Shown: positions 11,071 to 23,706 of the stretch, piece after piece | Numbering within the stretch: position 1 is the first letter of the stretch | Layout: the number at the start of each line of letters is the position of its first letter | Source: Azolla caroliniana | Taxonomy: Eukaryota > Plantae > Polypodiophyta | Assembly (NCBI GenBank): GCA_043228905.1 | Contig: JBHGNT010000012.1 | Span: 10,106,001 to 10,170,000 of the forward strand | DNA length: 64,000 nt | Direction: 5' to 3' | Translations under genes and position numbers: made by a program | The notes under the pieces: generated by a model | The model's input: only the letters and a program-made list of their open reading frames with translations | Database searches by the model: none | What the model was told of the DNA's origin: nothing

Positions 11071-14000
11071 TCATTTGCTGGTCCCCCCCGATTTGTTCGG
11101 GTCGGTTCGTGTGGATACCGGATCCTTCTGTCGGTTTTCCGGGATAGTCTTTGTCAGTATCGGTGTCGGTTCTTCCTCGGTCCGAATATCTTCAGCAGCG
11201 TCTGTCGGTGTCGGTTCCTCATCTTGCCGGATTTCCGGGTTTTTCTTGAACGGGTTGGCTGGCATATTTCCCTTATACGGCTTTAGCCGAAATCCATTTG
11301 CCCACTTGCCGATGACATCTCCAGACAACGTGCCGAGCTGATACGACCCATTGTACTCCTTGGTGATCCAGAACGGTCCGGTCCATCGAAACCGCAACTT
11401 TCCCGGCATGTTCCCCATCCGTGTCTGGAATAGTAGCACCGGTTTCCCGACTTCGAACTCCTTTTCATTGCCATGCCGGTGCCGGTCCACGAAAGCTTTT
11501 CTCCTCCTTTGCTCCAGTTCGAGTTGTAGTAAGCTGGCTATTCGGTTTTCTTCTAATTCCAACAACGTCACCAGCCGGATTCGTTCGGACTCGTTCTCAC
11601 TTAAGCGCTCCTTTACCTGAATCCGTAAGCTTGGGATCTAGAACTCTACCGGCATGACCGCTTCTAACCCGAATGCTAGTTGGAACGGGGTTGTCCGGAT
11701 GTTGGTTTTGTACGTTGTTCGGTACGCCCATAGCGCGCTTTGCAATTTCGTATCCCAGTCGGTCCGGTTCTCGTTGACGATTTTTCGTAGGATGTTCTGC
11801 AAAGTTTTGTTCGTTGATTCCGCTAGTCCATTGGCTTGAGGGTAGTAGGGAGTACTCTTTTTATGTACCACCGCGTAAAATGACGTCAGGCTTTCTACTA
11901 CCTGCCCGAGAAAATGTCCTCCTTGGTCACTTATAAGCTCGATCGGGCATCCATACCGGCACCATATGCACTCGTACAGAAACTTTGCCGTGGACGCGAC
12001 CGTGTTGTCCCGTAAGGCCTTTGCTTCTACCCATTTGGTGCAATAGTCGGTCGCCACTATGACATACCGATTTCCGGTTCGCATTGCCGGTGGTTTGAAG
12101 GGACCGACAAAGTCCAACTCCCACTTTTGAAATGGTTCTAAGGGCAAGACCGGGTGGTGTGGCATCCGGGCCTGCTCTGTGGGTTGGCCCAGTCGTTGAC
12201 ACAAATCACATTCTCTGCTATACTTCACGGCATCTTTTAGGGTGGTCGGCCACCACAGTCCGCATAATGCCCGCCGGCAATTCCACAGTGGGCTTCCCTG
12301 AGGATTAGATCCTTCTCATCGCTCCGCACTGCTCGTCTCCAGATGCCATCTGCCCCCTTGTGATAGAGGGTGTCTCCAACCAAGCAGAAATGTCTACTTC
12401 TTACTGCTACCCTTTTCCTTTCATCGCGGTCCATGTTCTCCGGGGGAACTCCGGTGCTCAGGAACTGATGCATCTCAGTTAGCCATGTGTCTTCATCGGC
12501 TACCGTTGTATCCGTTGCCGGTTTCGTCGTGATCCGGAACAATTCGGCGTCGGGAAACTCATCCTGGACGCCGTCCCCTGCTTCTCCGGATTCGAGTCTG
12601 CTTAGGTAGTCCGCTACCGCATGCTGCGCCCCGGGTCGGTGGAAAATGTCGAATTCAAATTCCTGTAGCAGCAGTGTCCACCGTGCAATTTTTCCCGTCA
12701 GGGATGCCTTCGAGACCAGGTAGAGTAGTGCCGAATGGTCGACATGGAAGGAAAACTTCCTTCCGAGCAGATAGTGCCTGTACTTTGTGACACTATACAC
12801 CATTCCCAATGCCTCGCGTTCCGTCGTAGAGTAATTCCGTTCGGCTTTTGAGAGTTTCCGGCTTGCGTAGTACGCCGGTCGGTACCATTTCGGCTCCGTG
12901 AGTTGCATCAGACCGCTGCCGATTGCTACGTCCGACGCGTCGACGAAGACGTGAAAGCTTTTACTCCAATCCGGCGGTTGCACCACCGGAGCTTGCGACA
13001 GCATAACCTTCAACGCTTTGTAGGATTCCTCCTCCGTCTCCGCCCATAGGAAGGGTACCCTATGTACGGCGGTATGTAACGGTGTAGCGAAGTCTGCGAG
13101 GTGCCGTATCATCCGGCTATGCCACCTTATTTGGCCCAGGAACCGGCTTAAAGCCTTTGCATTACTTGGTGCGGGTGCCTCGAGAATCGCCTTGACTTTA
13201 TCCGGATCTACCGCGATTCCTTCCTTACTCACCACGTGCCCTAGCAAGTTGCCGCTTGCCACTCCAAAGACGCACTTGGCCGGGTTCAGGCTCAATCGGT
13301 ACTCGCGGCACTTCTCCAAGCACAGCCGGAGGTGATCGAGATGCTCTCCGTGCCGGCTGTAGACCGCGAAATCGTCAAGGAAGACCTGCATAAAACCAAG
13401 GATATATTCCCCGAAAATTTCCATTATTATCCTTTGAAAGGTCGCTGGAGCCGTCTTTAGTCCGAACATCATCACGACCGCGACGAACACTCCCCATTCC
13501 GTCACGAACGCTGTCTTCTCTTGGTCGGCCGGGTTCATTCGTATTTGGTTGTAGCCGCTAAATCCATCCAGGAAGCTGTAAACTTCGTGGCCGGCTACCG
13601 CATCTAACACCCCGTCCGTAAATGGTAGTGGAAATGCATCGGTCACTGTTGCGGCATTTAGTTTTCAGTAGTCCACGCATGCCCGGATTTTGCCGTTCTT
13701 TTTCGGGACCACCACTATCGGACTCAGCCAGGTTGCCTGCTTGACCGGTCGGATAAATCCGACCCGGAGGAGCTTATCAATTTCCTCCTTCACCTTAGCC
13801 GCATAATTCGGATTCATCCGGTACCTGCGTTGAGCGATCGGTTTCGCGTCCGTACTTAGGTGAATTTGGTGCTGATAGAGCTAGGGGTCCAGCCCTCGCA
13901 TGTCTTCGTACGACCACGCGAACACATCCTTGAAGTCTGTTAATAATGCTACCATTGCCTTCTTTTCTTCCTTCGGCAATTCCTTTGCAACATTTACCGG

Positions 14001-16795
14001 TCGGGGCTTGTCTGATGTGCCGAGGTCCACCTCCTCGAGTTGGGATGCTTTTACCCTCTGGGATATCGTCATTTCCCTCTCTAGGGATTCCTGCGCTTGT
14101 CGCAGTTCCCGGATCGCCGCTTGGTCCGGTTCATCCGGCGTCGTAATGTACGATTCTACTGCCACCGTGATATCCACCTCAAATAGTGGGACGATTCGTG
14201 GGTGTTCCTCGAGGTACCGCTCAACTTCCTCGTCTGGTAATCCCTCCAACATGTTAATGCTTTCCGCATACAATGGAGTTGCTTCCTTACTGGTGATCAC
14301 CCGTGGTTGCGTCGTTACTCGTACCTTTGTTTTCCCTCGCCGGAATGTGATCATGTTCTTTTGCCAGTTCTGCTTGATATGCGCCGTTCGCAGCCATGGT
14401 CGTCCTAGCAGTAGGGGGTACGCGCCTTGTACATTCAGCTGCAGCACCACGGCCGATATCCGGAATACGTGGCCTCCGATCGTTACTTCCAAATCCCGGA
14501 TAAGCCCGGTCGGTCGGACTGAGCTAGTATCCGCCATGCGTAACCAGAAGGGGCATGGTTCCCATTCCTGGATGCCCAGGTCGTTGCATGTCTGTTGGCT
14601 GATGACATTTACCCCGGAGCCTCCGTCAATAATCGTTCCAGCAATTTCCTTTCCTTTCACGATTGCCGTGATCGTCGGGCTACTTGTATCGACCACCGCT
14701 GGTCCTTCCTCCGGGTTGGAGAAGAATGCCGGTGCTGGCGTCGGCTTCGGTTTGCTGACGGATGCCTGTAGTTCTGCCGTAAATCGTGGCACTAACTGTA
14801 GTAGTCGTGCTAACGGCAGCACGATTTGACAGTCCTATAGCGCTTGCCCCGTCGGGTTTTCTCCTGGCTGTATGATTTCTTCGTCTTTTGGCATATTTTG
14901 GTCTCTTACTTCTGCCGCATTCTGTTCATTGGCCTCCTTGATCCATTGTGTCGCTTGTTTTCTTATTGCCTCCTAGGCTTCCCACTCGGCGGTCTTTCCC
15001 TTTGACCGGGTTGTGACCTGCTGTACTTCTGTTATTTCGGCTGTAACCATGTTGACTTTCGGCTGCTTGTCATAGCTTTTGCTTGGGCATTGGTTACTAT
15101 AGTGGCCTTCCTTACGGCAGTAATAACAATACACCTTGTGACTGTTGCTCGTTTCTCCTTTGTCCCCGGTTTGGAGGGTGGGTATGCTCCGGCGGTCGTC
15201 TTCGGTTTTTCGGTTATCCGGTACCGATACCGGGTTGTCATTCCTTGCTGCCTCCCGACGTTCCTCTCTTCGGAAAAATCCACGCTTCTGATTTCGTCGG
15301 AAATTTCGGTTCCCTTGTCGCCTCTCTTCTCTGCGTCGGTCGTATTCCGGGGATTCGTCTCGGTCGTACCGGTCCCGGGGGTAGCTATCTTTGCGTCTCT
15401 CCTCTCGGTCATAGTTGTCGCGTCTTTTATCAGCGTATCCTTGTCGCCTCTCTTCTCTGCGTCGGTCGTATTCCGGGGATTCGTCTCTGTCGTACCGGTC
15501 CCGGGGGTAGCTATCTCTGCGTCTCTCCTCTCGGTCATAGTTGTCGCGTCTTCTATCAGCGTATCTGTTACCACGTTCGCGTTGGTAGCGGTCGTCTCTC
15601 CGGAATCGATCCTCGTCCGGGTTCTGATTGTGCGGTTCTATGTCTCGAACCGGTGCTGCCTGCCGATTTAACAGGTTATATTCGCATCGGTCCGTTGTAT
15701 GGGCTCGAGAGTTGCAGATCACACATTGTGTCCGCAGGGTGCAGTCTACTGTTGAGTGCCCCGAATTTAGGCATGTTGTACATTGTAAGGCCTGTCGAAA
15801 CCTCAGGTCTTCCTCCTTTGGGAGTGCCCGGTGTAACATCCCCATCGACAAGAAGGGGCTAGTCTTGTCCATTTCTAAAACCCGATCAATAACTTGGTCC
15901 ATTGTGCTGGTTTGGAAATCAAGGACTCCGCACATTGTTCGAAGTGACTCTTTCAGTGCGGCCAGAAAGACTGCTTTGGCTTCGTCTTCGGGTGGTGCTC
16001 TTGTCAGTTGGTTGTGCAGGGTCTGGAACCGAATGATGAATTGTGGCACAGTCTCGTTCTCTTCCTGCCGGGTGGTGTAGAACTGCCCGACCAATTCCCT
16101 TTGCTCAAATTGTCTGTGAAAAAGCTTGAGGAATCTGGCCTTCAAGGCATCGAATGTGGCAAAGCTGCCCGGTAAGTGCTTTGCGTGCCATTGGGCCGCC
16201 GGTCCTTCTAAGGTTATGCCGAATTCGGCGCATTTGGATCGTTCGGCTTCGGGCTCCGTCAGTCCGCGGGTGTTGCCGGTGTCCGGTCCATTGGTTCCTC
16301 CGCGGGTGTTGTCGGTATCCGCTCCTTCGGTTCCTTCGCGGTTGTTGTCGGTATCCGGTCAGCCTTCCTCGGCGATTGCCGGTCACCGAATTCCAGGGTT
16401 ATTTCTTCCTCTGGCGCCGGTGTTACGGAGTCTTCCGACCCCTCGTCCTCCCGGTCGTTTGGTGTGTCGTGGCTGCTTTTATACCGGGACGCAACGCTTC
16501 CGTCGCTTTCCGACTCCGCCTCAAGTGTTGCGAATGCTTCCGAGTCCCCGTCGCCCGCGGCGAGCGTCTGCAGTATCGTTTCCGCCTCTTGCAGGCTTGT
16601 TATGCTACTGCCTTCGTCGGGGATTTGCAGAACCCGGAACTGCAGTGCTTCTTCTGCGACTCTCCGAAGAGTTTTGGAGAATGACCGATCCCGCCGGATC
16701 TCGTCGACGGCTTGCTGCAGGGCTTCCCGTCGTTGCTCGCGTTCGGTGTATCGTCTCCCTCGTTCAGTGATGTGGTCGTCGTTTGGTCTAGACAT
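11071..16795 (-). pseudogene. gag-pol polyprotein of Gypsy B
   Basis: Three CCHC knuckles, IDGGSGVN protease, RT (FMQVFLDDF), RNase H, integrase (GGHY..., CDLC, ISDQGGHF, PQANGLAE, WTGPF); 5 in-frame stops and 2 frameshifting deletions. Confidence 0.95.
15313..15565. repeat. Tandem duplication, 2 x 126 bp (42 aa, R/D/E-rich) in gag of B
   Basis: YAD(R/K)RRDNYDREERR(R/K)DSYPRDRYDRDESPEYDRRREERRQG occurs twice. Confidence 0.95.
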
Positions 16796-16826
16796 CCATC
16801 CCCCGGTTGTCCTCTGCACTTTGCAG

Positions 16827-16841
16827 GAATCGTTGTCGCCA
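16827..16841 (-). other. Primer-binding site of Gypsy B (TGGCGACAACG..., probably tRNA-Arg)
   Basis: 6 nt downstream of the 5' LTR; homologous to the PBS of A. Confidence 0.75.
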
Positions 16842-16847
16842 AAATAG

Positions 16848-17237
16848 TGTTGTCTGTCTGGCCGGACTAGCCTCAACACAGGTGTCTATCCGACACTTCT
16901 CCAAAGGGGTGGTAAGGATTGGATGCTAGGTTACACGCGTAAGATGATTACAATTAAGCACAGACGGTAAACAATACGAGATACAGATAAACACGCAATA
17001 ATTACTATTGTATTACTTCCGTCAAAACCCTTTACAAATCATCGGATCCTTTTATAGGCATCCGGCAAGGTTACAATCGGTGCGCTTAGGCAACCGACAT
17101 CCGAATCGGTCCGGATCCGGATCGGTACAACTGTACCGGATCCGTCCCTCCGAATAATAATTCTGCTATTATTTACTTCCTATTATCCGATCCGATTCCG
17201 CCTTCCCACTTGTCCTTGCTCTTCTGACCGGCCAACA
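16848..17237 (-). repeat. 5' LTR of Gypsy B
   Basis: Direct repeat of 7305-7694. Confidence 0.97.
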
Positions 17238-17382
17238 ATCGATCCGATCGGATTTCTTCCGCTACTTGTTGGAAAGCCTCTCGCCGCCTTCGCCTTTCAG
17301 CAAGTCGTCGTGCTCTCTCCTTAACCGGGTCGTCTATTGGCCTAGTCAACCATTCCCGCCATTGTTCACTGCGATTGTGCAA

Positions 17383-17397
17383 GAATCGTGGTCGCCA
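17383..17397 (-). other. Primer-binding site of Gypsy A (TGGCGACCACG..., probably tRNA-Arg(UCG))
   Basis: 7 nt downstream of the 5' LTR; complementary to ...GTGGTCG-CCA, recalled as the plant tRNA-Arg(UCG) 3' end. Confidence 0.75.
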
Positions 17398-17404
17398 AAA
17401 ATTG

Positions 17405-17867
17405 TGTTACTTCCTAGGGCCGGACAACAGCCTAACATAGGGTGTCCACTTAAGACACTTCACCAAAGGGTGTTACGGCAAGATGACTTACGACACAACG
17501 CTTAATTAGACCTTAATTGGTTACTTAGCAATACGTCATTACACGCTTAAGATATAACAATGAGTATAGAACGGTAATCAATACTGAAAGGTTAAGGCAA
17601 TAAGTTCTATTAATTATCCGCTGTCAATTACATTGTAACCGGGCCTTTATATAGGTCTCCGATGCGAAGTACAAAATGGTGCCAACCGACACCTATTCGG
17701 AATCGGTCCGGATCCGGATCGCCATACCGATTCCGGTCCGTCCGTCCACATCTTCTCATATATTAATATATATATTAAGACTAATAATTACAACAAATTC
17801 CTAAATAATCAATTCCTTTCACACTCTGGTCTGGACATCCTTAAGCCTTCCTGCCGGCCGGGTAACA
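17405..17867 (-). repeat. 5' LTR of Gypsy A (463 bp)
   Basis: TGTTAC...GTAACA inverted termini, minus-strand TATA CCTATATAAAGG, adjacent PBS. Confidence 0.9.
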
Positions 17868-18162
17868 AACAAGGTCATCAGTGCGGAAGAAAAGACAACA
17901 TTTGTGATGGTGAAGAACCTACGTATGTGAATGAAAACAAGATACACATAGAGAGAGAGAAAGATAGGCACAAAGAAATGTTATATTTCTCAATATCAAC
18001 AGTTACAAAATAACAACCAACCGCACACTAAAGGTTACAAAGTCACTTTATATAGTGACTATCCTAGGGCAACTGCCCTTTATGCTATTTACGGAAATGG
18101 CCCAAACTTGGGCTGTCCAAAGGGACAATGTGAATATGGCCATTATACACTCGTATTCGACA
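17868..18162 (-). mobile_element. Partial LTR of a third element, into which Gypsy A inserted
   Basis: Minus-strand TATA (CTATATAAAG at about 18046-18055); ends ...TTCGACA at 18162, where it interrupts a gag-like start (MAAAVDRIVSARE). Confidence 0.55.
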
Positions 18163-18897
18163 CCCTCGCGAGCACTTACTATCCGATCGACTGCTGCTGC
18201 CATGGCTTCGGCGAGCTCCGATCCTCTCATCCTCAACTCTTCTGCCGCCTTATTTCACGTCGGGTTCACCAAATATGTTGTGTTGTTATGCTCTCGCATA
18301 TGAAATAAAGCGGGACCGCAAGGGCCCTGAACCGAGGAGCGTGAGAGAGAAGAGAGAGCGAGATTCGCAGAAACACAAAGAGACAGAAACGAAAGAATCA
18401 ATTCCAATAACAGTATAGATTACAGAGCTTGCAATGTTACAACCGGCCAGCCGGTGACAGACTCAACATAGACAAACACACGCACTGAAATATGCAGTGG
18501 AGCCTCTATCAGAAGCTCTCGGGCTTTCAAGCAGCACCAACCTAACCCAAAATCCCTGTAGAAGCAACGACGATAGTGGAGGAGAGAGCTCGGTTCCCAG
18601 TCCGACAGCACTTTGTCCTCTCAGAAATGCGCGATCCCTGTATCAGTCTTCTCCCCTCCCTTATATAGGCCGTCGGGGAAGACTGTTACACCCTCGGTTA
18701 CATACATTTATCCTTTGTCCCATCGAAAATAGATACGCTTGGATTCCCTAGACAATTAATGTGTACTACCTAGTATATCTACATGAGCTGAATCAGACCT
18801 AGTTATGTACAACTTAATAAATAGTGCGGCCACGCGTAAGGGTCGGTTCTTGCGTCTTTCCCCCCGTTTCCTCCTATGGCCGGTTTTCTCCACCACA
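18163..18897 (-). mobile_element. 5' end of an LTR retrotransposon: LTR 18276-18897, tRNA-Trp PBS 18254-18271, start of gag
   Basis: TGTTGTG...CACCACA termini; ttcacgtcgggttcacca is the 3' 18 nt of plant tRNA-Trp; Copia RT sequence begins right after 18897. Confidence 0.8.
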
Positions 18898-19811
18898 AAA
18901 CCCCTTCCTCTAAGGAGAATTAGAAGAGGAAGTATATATGATTCAACCACCCGGATTTGAATTGCGTAGTCATTTGCACATTGTATGCCGCCTCAAGAAG
19001 CCACTATACAGCCTCAAACAAGCACCCGATGCGTGGCACTCCAAGATCACACAGTATCTTCATCAGATCGGATTTCAAACATCAAAATCGGATACTTCCC
19101 TGTACATCCGAAACGAGTCGGATAACCTGATTGTCATCATCCTTTATGTGGATGATTTGGTCATCGGAGGAAAGGATCTCGCCGAGATTAACAAAGTCTA
19201 ATCACTTCTCCCTGGCAGATTCGAAATGAAAGACCTGCACGAGCTCCATTACTTCCTAGGCATTGAAGTAATTCGGACACCAGTCGGAATAATGATCTCT
19301 CAACTTGCTCTACAAGTTCAGAATGACCGAATGCAAACCTGTGTCCACCCCTCTCAATCATAATCTCAAGATGGATGTCGATTCCGGCACAACGTGTGCG
19401 AATCAACTCAGTATCGTCAACTAATCGGTAGCTTAATCTATCTCACCATTACAAGACCCGACCTCAATTATTCGGTCAGCTTACTTAGCCAATTCAAGCA
19501 GAATCCGTGAAATCTTCATCTCGATTGCACTAAGAGGATACTCTGGTATGTCAGCACTACGACGGATTACAGCATTATGCATAAGTCAAATACAACCATT
19601 CGACTCGAAGGATACACAGACGCGGACTGGGCAGGCTCCAAAGAGGATAGACGATGCACATCCAGATTCGTCTTCTCCCTCGGCAGTGGAGTGATATCCT
19701 GGAGCAGTAAGAAGCAGCCTATAGTCGCACCGTCGAGCACGGAAGCCGAATACAGGGGCGCGGCAGTCACCGCATGCGAAGCCATATGGCTCAAGCGCAT
19801 ACTGAAGGATG
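18898..19811 (+). pseudogene. Ty1/Copia RT-RNase H fragment
   Basis: ELEEEVYMIQPPGF, LYSLKQAP, ILYVDDL, YTDADWAG, SSTEAEY; cut at 19811 by the next LTR. Confidence 0.92.
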
Positions 19812-20077
19812 TGACAGGTATATGCGGAATATTGCTCGGCCACAACCGAGTCTTAGAATGAACCACAGAAAAAATGGGAATAGGGAGAAATGCACGTATA
19901 CACACAAACAATAGAGCAAGAGAGAGTACACAGTATGTTTACGTGGAAAACCCTAAACGGGAAAAACCACGGGAGCCCACTAGCTCCAACTATCACTATG
20001 TAAGGAGAATACAATAGAGGAACATGGAGGCAACGACCTCTTGCTCTTAATCTTCGCCTGGCGGCGGTTACAACAGA

Positions 20078-20213
<136 letters not shown>

Positions 20214-23200
20214 CGCTCTATACAGTAGTTACACCAATAACTCTATACAAAATCATGACACCAAAATAATGATGATACTCACAGTTTGCCCTATGTCATA
20301 TTTATACTAATATGACTTTCGGGCTATTTACAAATATAGCCCCAGTGGGCTCTCTGGAACATATTTACATATATGTCCCTTCATCCGGTGAGAGGTTCTC
20401 ACCGGGCCTGCACCATCCGGTTCTCACCGGGTCTTCCTTGCCGGGTACTCATCATCTGGTTCTCACCGAGCCTTCATCCTCCCATCCAGAGGGACCGAAA
20501 TCCTAACAAACTCCCCCTTCACTCCGGCATGGGATGTCAGGTCAGTCCAATTCGCTTCCAGCATGCGTCCAGCTTGTCGGGCGTTAGCACCTTGGTCAGC
20601 ATATCTGACCCATTCTCCTCCATGTCGATCTTCGTCACCACGAACTCTTGATCTTCCACTCGCTCCCGAATCCAGTGGTACCTCCGCTGGATGTGCTTCG
20701 TCTTGGAATGACACACCGCGTTCTTCGCAAGTATAGAGCCGGTATTCCTATTGTCGGATCCATAGCTCTCCGATGAAGTTCTTTATCCATAATATTTCCT
20801 TGTCGGCTTCCACGGCTGCCATGTACTCCGCCTCTGTAGTTGACAACGCAACCGTCTTCTGCAACCTAGACTACCACGAAACAGCTCCCCCTGCATATGT
20901 CATAACATATCCCGATGTTGACCAGCTGGTATCCGCATCAGCCGACATATCCGAATCGGTGAAACCGTCAAGTTGGGGTTTATCGGAGCTGAATCGGAGG
21001 CACATACTTTAGGTACCTCTCAAGTATCGGAGTATCCATTTTACCGCATTCCAGTGCTCCTTGTCGGGATTGCTCATAAACCGGCTCACCACTCCGACTG
21101 CGTATCCGATATCTAGTCGTATACACACCATTGCATACATTAAGCTCCCGAAGATAGAGGCATATGGTATCTTCATCATATCCGCCTTCTCAGCCTTCAT
21201 CTTCGGGCTTTGCTTACTGGATAGCTTGCGATTTGCCAGAAGTGTCGATCCGACCGGTTTCGCGTCTGACATGTTGAACCGCTGAAGAACCTTTGTCACG
21301 TATTTCTCCTGTGACAGCCACAATAGCTTCTTCGACCGGTCCCGGATGATGTGCATCCCCAGTATCTATCTTGCCGGACCCAAGTCTTTCATTGAGAAGG
21401 TTCGGTTCAGAGCCTTCTTCGGCATTCGTATCTTGACTTGGTCTCGTCCGACGATCAGCATGTTGTCCACGTACAAGAGGAGTATCAGGAAGTCTCCACC
21501 TTTGAACTTCTTCACAAATATGTAGTGATCGGCCTGCATCTTGTGGTATCCTTGATCCGTCATGAAGGAGTCGAACTTCCGATACCATTTCCGGGGAGCC
21601 TGCTTCAAACCGTAGAGGTTCTTCTTCAACCGGCAAACCAGGTGCTCCTTCCCTTTCTTCACAAATCCCTCTGGTTGCTACATGTAGATCTCCTCTTCTA
21701 GGTTGCCATGGACGAATGTCGTCTTCACATCTAACTGCTCTACCTCGAGGTCCATGCTTGCCACTATGCTCAGCACCATCCAGACGATCTTTACTACCGG
21801 GGCAAATATCTCGTCGAAGTCCACGCCCTTCTTCTGCTCGAACCCCTTCACCACGATCATAGCTTTGCATCTTAGGGGGTTGTCGGCATCTCCCAGTTTC
21901 AACTTATACACCCACTTATTCTGGAGTGCCAGCTTTCCTTTCGGCAACTCCACCAGTTCATACGTGTGGTTCTCATGCAAGGAATCCATCTCGTCCTGCA
22001 TGGCACTCAACCACTTGCGGCTGTGGGTGTCCTCCTTTGCTTCTTCGAAGCTTTCCGGATCCCCCTCATCGGTTAGGAACACACACTCTGCATCCGGAAA
22101 TCTCCAGGGGGGCCTTCTCTCTCTGAGAGGATATCTCCGTCTTTGGCTTTCGGCAACCGGCTCCTCTGTTTGTTCTTCATCCGAATCCGATTCGGGGTCT
22201 TGGCTGGTTCCGGTTCCAGCTTCCTGTTCTTCTTCTTCTGTCGGTTTAGTATCCTCACCGTAACCGGCCGGTTCTTCGAGTGTCAACCGGCTCTTAGCCG
22301 AGTAGGTCTGAATCTCAATGAACCGATCCTTACCGGTCGACTCGGAGTTCATTATCTTCTTCTCTGACTCCCAGTCGGAGAGGGTCTTGTCCTCCATGAA
22401 GATAATATCTCGACTCCGGAAAACCTTCTTGTCGACCAGATCCCACACTCGGTAACCGAACTCATCATCGTCGTATCCGAGGAATATGCAAGGTTGGGAC
22501 TTTGGATCCAACTTTTCTCTCTGGTCCTTTGCAACATGAGACACCCGAACACCTTCAAATGTCGATAAGACACTTCCTTACCGGTCCACACTCTCTACGG
22601 CGTGTCTCCGTCCAAGGGCGCTGAGGGTGATTTGTTTATCACGTACGTCGTTGTCGCCAACACCTCAGCCCAAAATGTCTTGGGTAATCTTGCATGTGCC
22701 CGCATACTCCGACCCTCTCCATTATGGTCTGGTTCATCCTCTCGGCCAGCCCGTTTAGTTCTGGCATCTTTGGCACGGTAAATTCGAGTCGGATGTCCTT
22801 CGAGCGGCAGTACTCCTCAAACTGCCCCCGGTATTCGCCTCCATTATCTGCTCGAACCACCTTCAGCTTCTAGCCAGTTTCTCTTTCCACTCTTGGGTGG
22901 ATCTCCTTGAAGACGGATAACACTTGATCCTTCGTCTTCAACGGTGTGGCCCACAGCCTCCAAATGTGGTCGTCTATGAACGTCACGAAGTACTACGATC
23001 CGGCATGTGACTTCGTGTCCACTTGACACACATCGGTATGCACCAGCTCCAGTGGTGCATTACGTCTCATCGGTGGCCTTGATTAGAAAGAGGTCCGGTT
23101 TTGCTTACTGGCCAAACAGTCGGTGAACCTCTCAAAATGCACGTCCTTCACCGAAATGAGGTTGTCTTCGGCAAGCCTCCTCATCCCCTTCTCACTCATG

Positions 23201-23706
23201 TGACACAGTCTTTTGTGCCACACCTCACCGGTAGTGTCAGATGCTACGTTCACTTCGTCCCAGCATAACCGGGCATTCATTAGGTATAGTGTATTGACTT
23301 TCCGGGCCCTAGCCACTATTAGGGTCCCTTTGCTGAACTTCATGACTCCATTCTAGATGCTACCCATGTAGCCTTCATTGTCAAGCCTACCGGCTGATAT
23401 TAGGTTCAGTCGAACCTCCAGAACGTGTCGGACATCCTTCAGCAGCAACTTGCATCCGGTTGATGTCGTCAACAGCACATCTCCTATGCCGATAATTTGG
23501 CATGTCCCTTCATTCCCCATCGGGACACAACCGTGCTCACCAGCTGTGTAGGATGAGAAGCATTTCCAATTCAGGGTAAGGTGGAACGGCGCTCCGGAAT
23601 CAACAACCCACGTTGTCTCGTTGATGGCAAGGTTTAACTCACTCTCCTTAGTGATAAGCATCAACTCATCTTCACTTGTCGCGATTTCCGTCATTCCCTT
23701 CCGGTC

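Larger units (their letters stand above)
7305..17237 (-). mobile_element. Full-length Ty3/Gypsy LTR retrotransposon B (Athila-like, no chromodomain), young but defective
   Basis: 390-bp LTRs 7305-7694 and 16848-17237 with 3 differences; TG...CA termini; TSD ATCGA at 7300-7304 and 17238-17242; gag-PR-RT(FLDD)-RH-INT plus ORF2. Confidence 0.97.
1..17867 (-). mobile_element. Ty3/Gypsy LTR retrotransposon A (non-chromovirus, Athila-like), defective, interrupted by element B; 3' LTR runs off the window
   Basis: 5' LTR 17405-17867 (TGTTAC...GTAACA) whose end matches bases 1-30; PBS at 17383-17397; domain order gag(CCHC)-PR(IDGGSGVN)-RT-RH; gag reading frame (EIRSDR|SFSK) resumes across the B insertion. 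Confidence 0.93.

Noticed and set aside
13900-16770. Long plus-strand ORFs (13900-14829, 15083-15862, 16126-16770)
   Set aside because: Antisense shadows of GC-rich gag-pol with no recognisable domains.
7305-17237. Element B being plus-oriented (PBS at 7697) with antisense gag-pol
   Set aside because: LTR TATA boxes, all ORFs and a second PBS next to the other LTR are all minus-oriented.
18254-18271. tRNA-Trp gene
   Set aside because: Only the 3' 18 nt including CCA, adjacent to an LTR: a PBS, not a gene.
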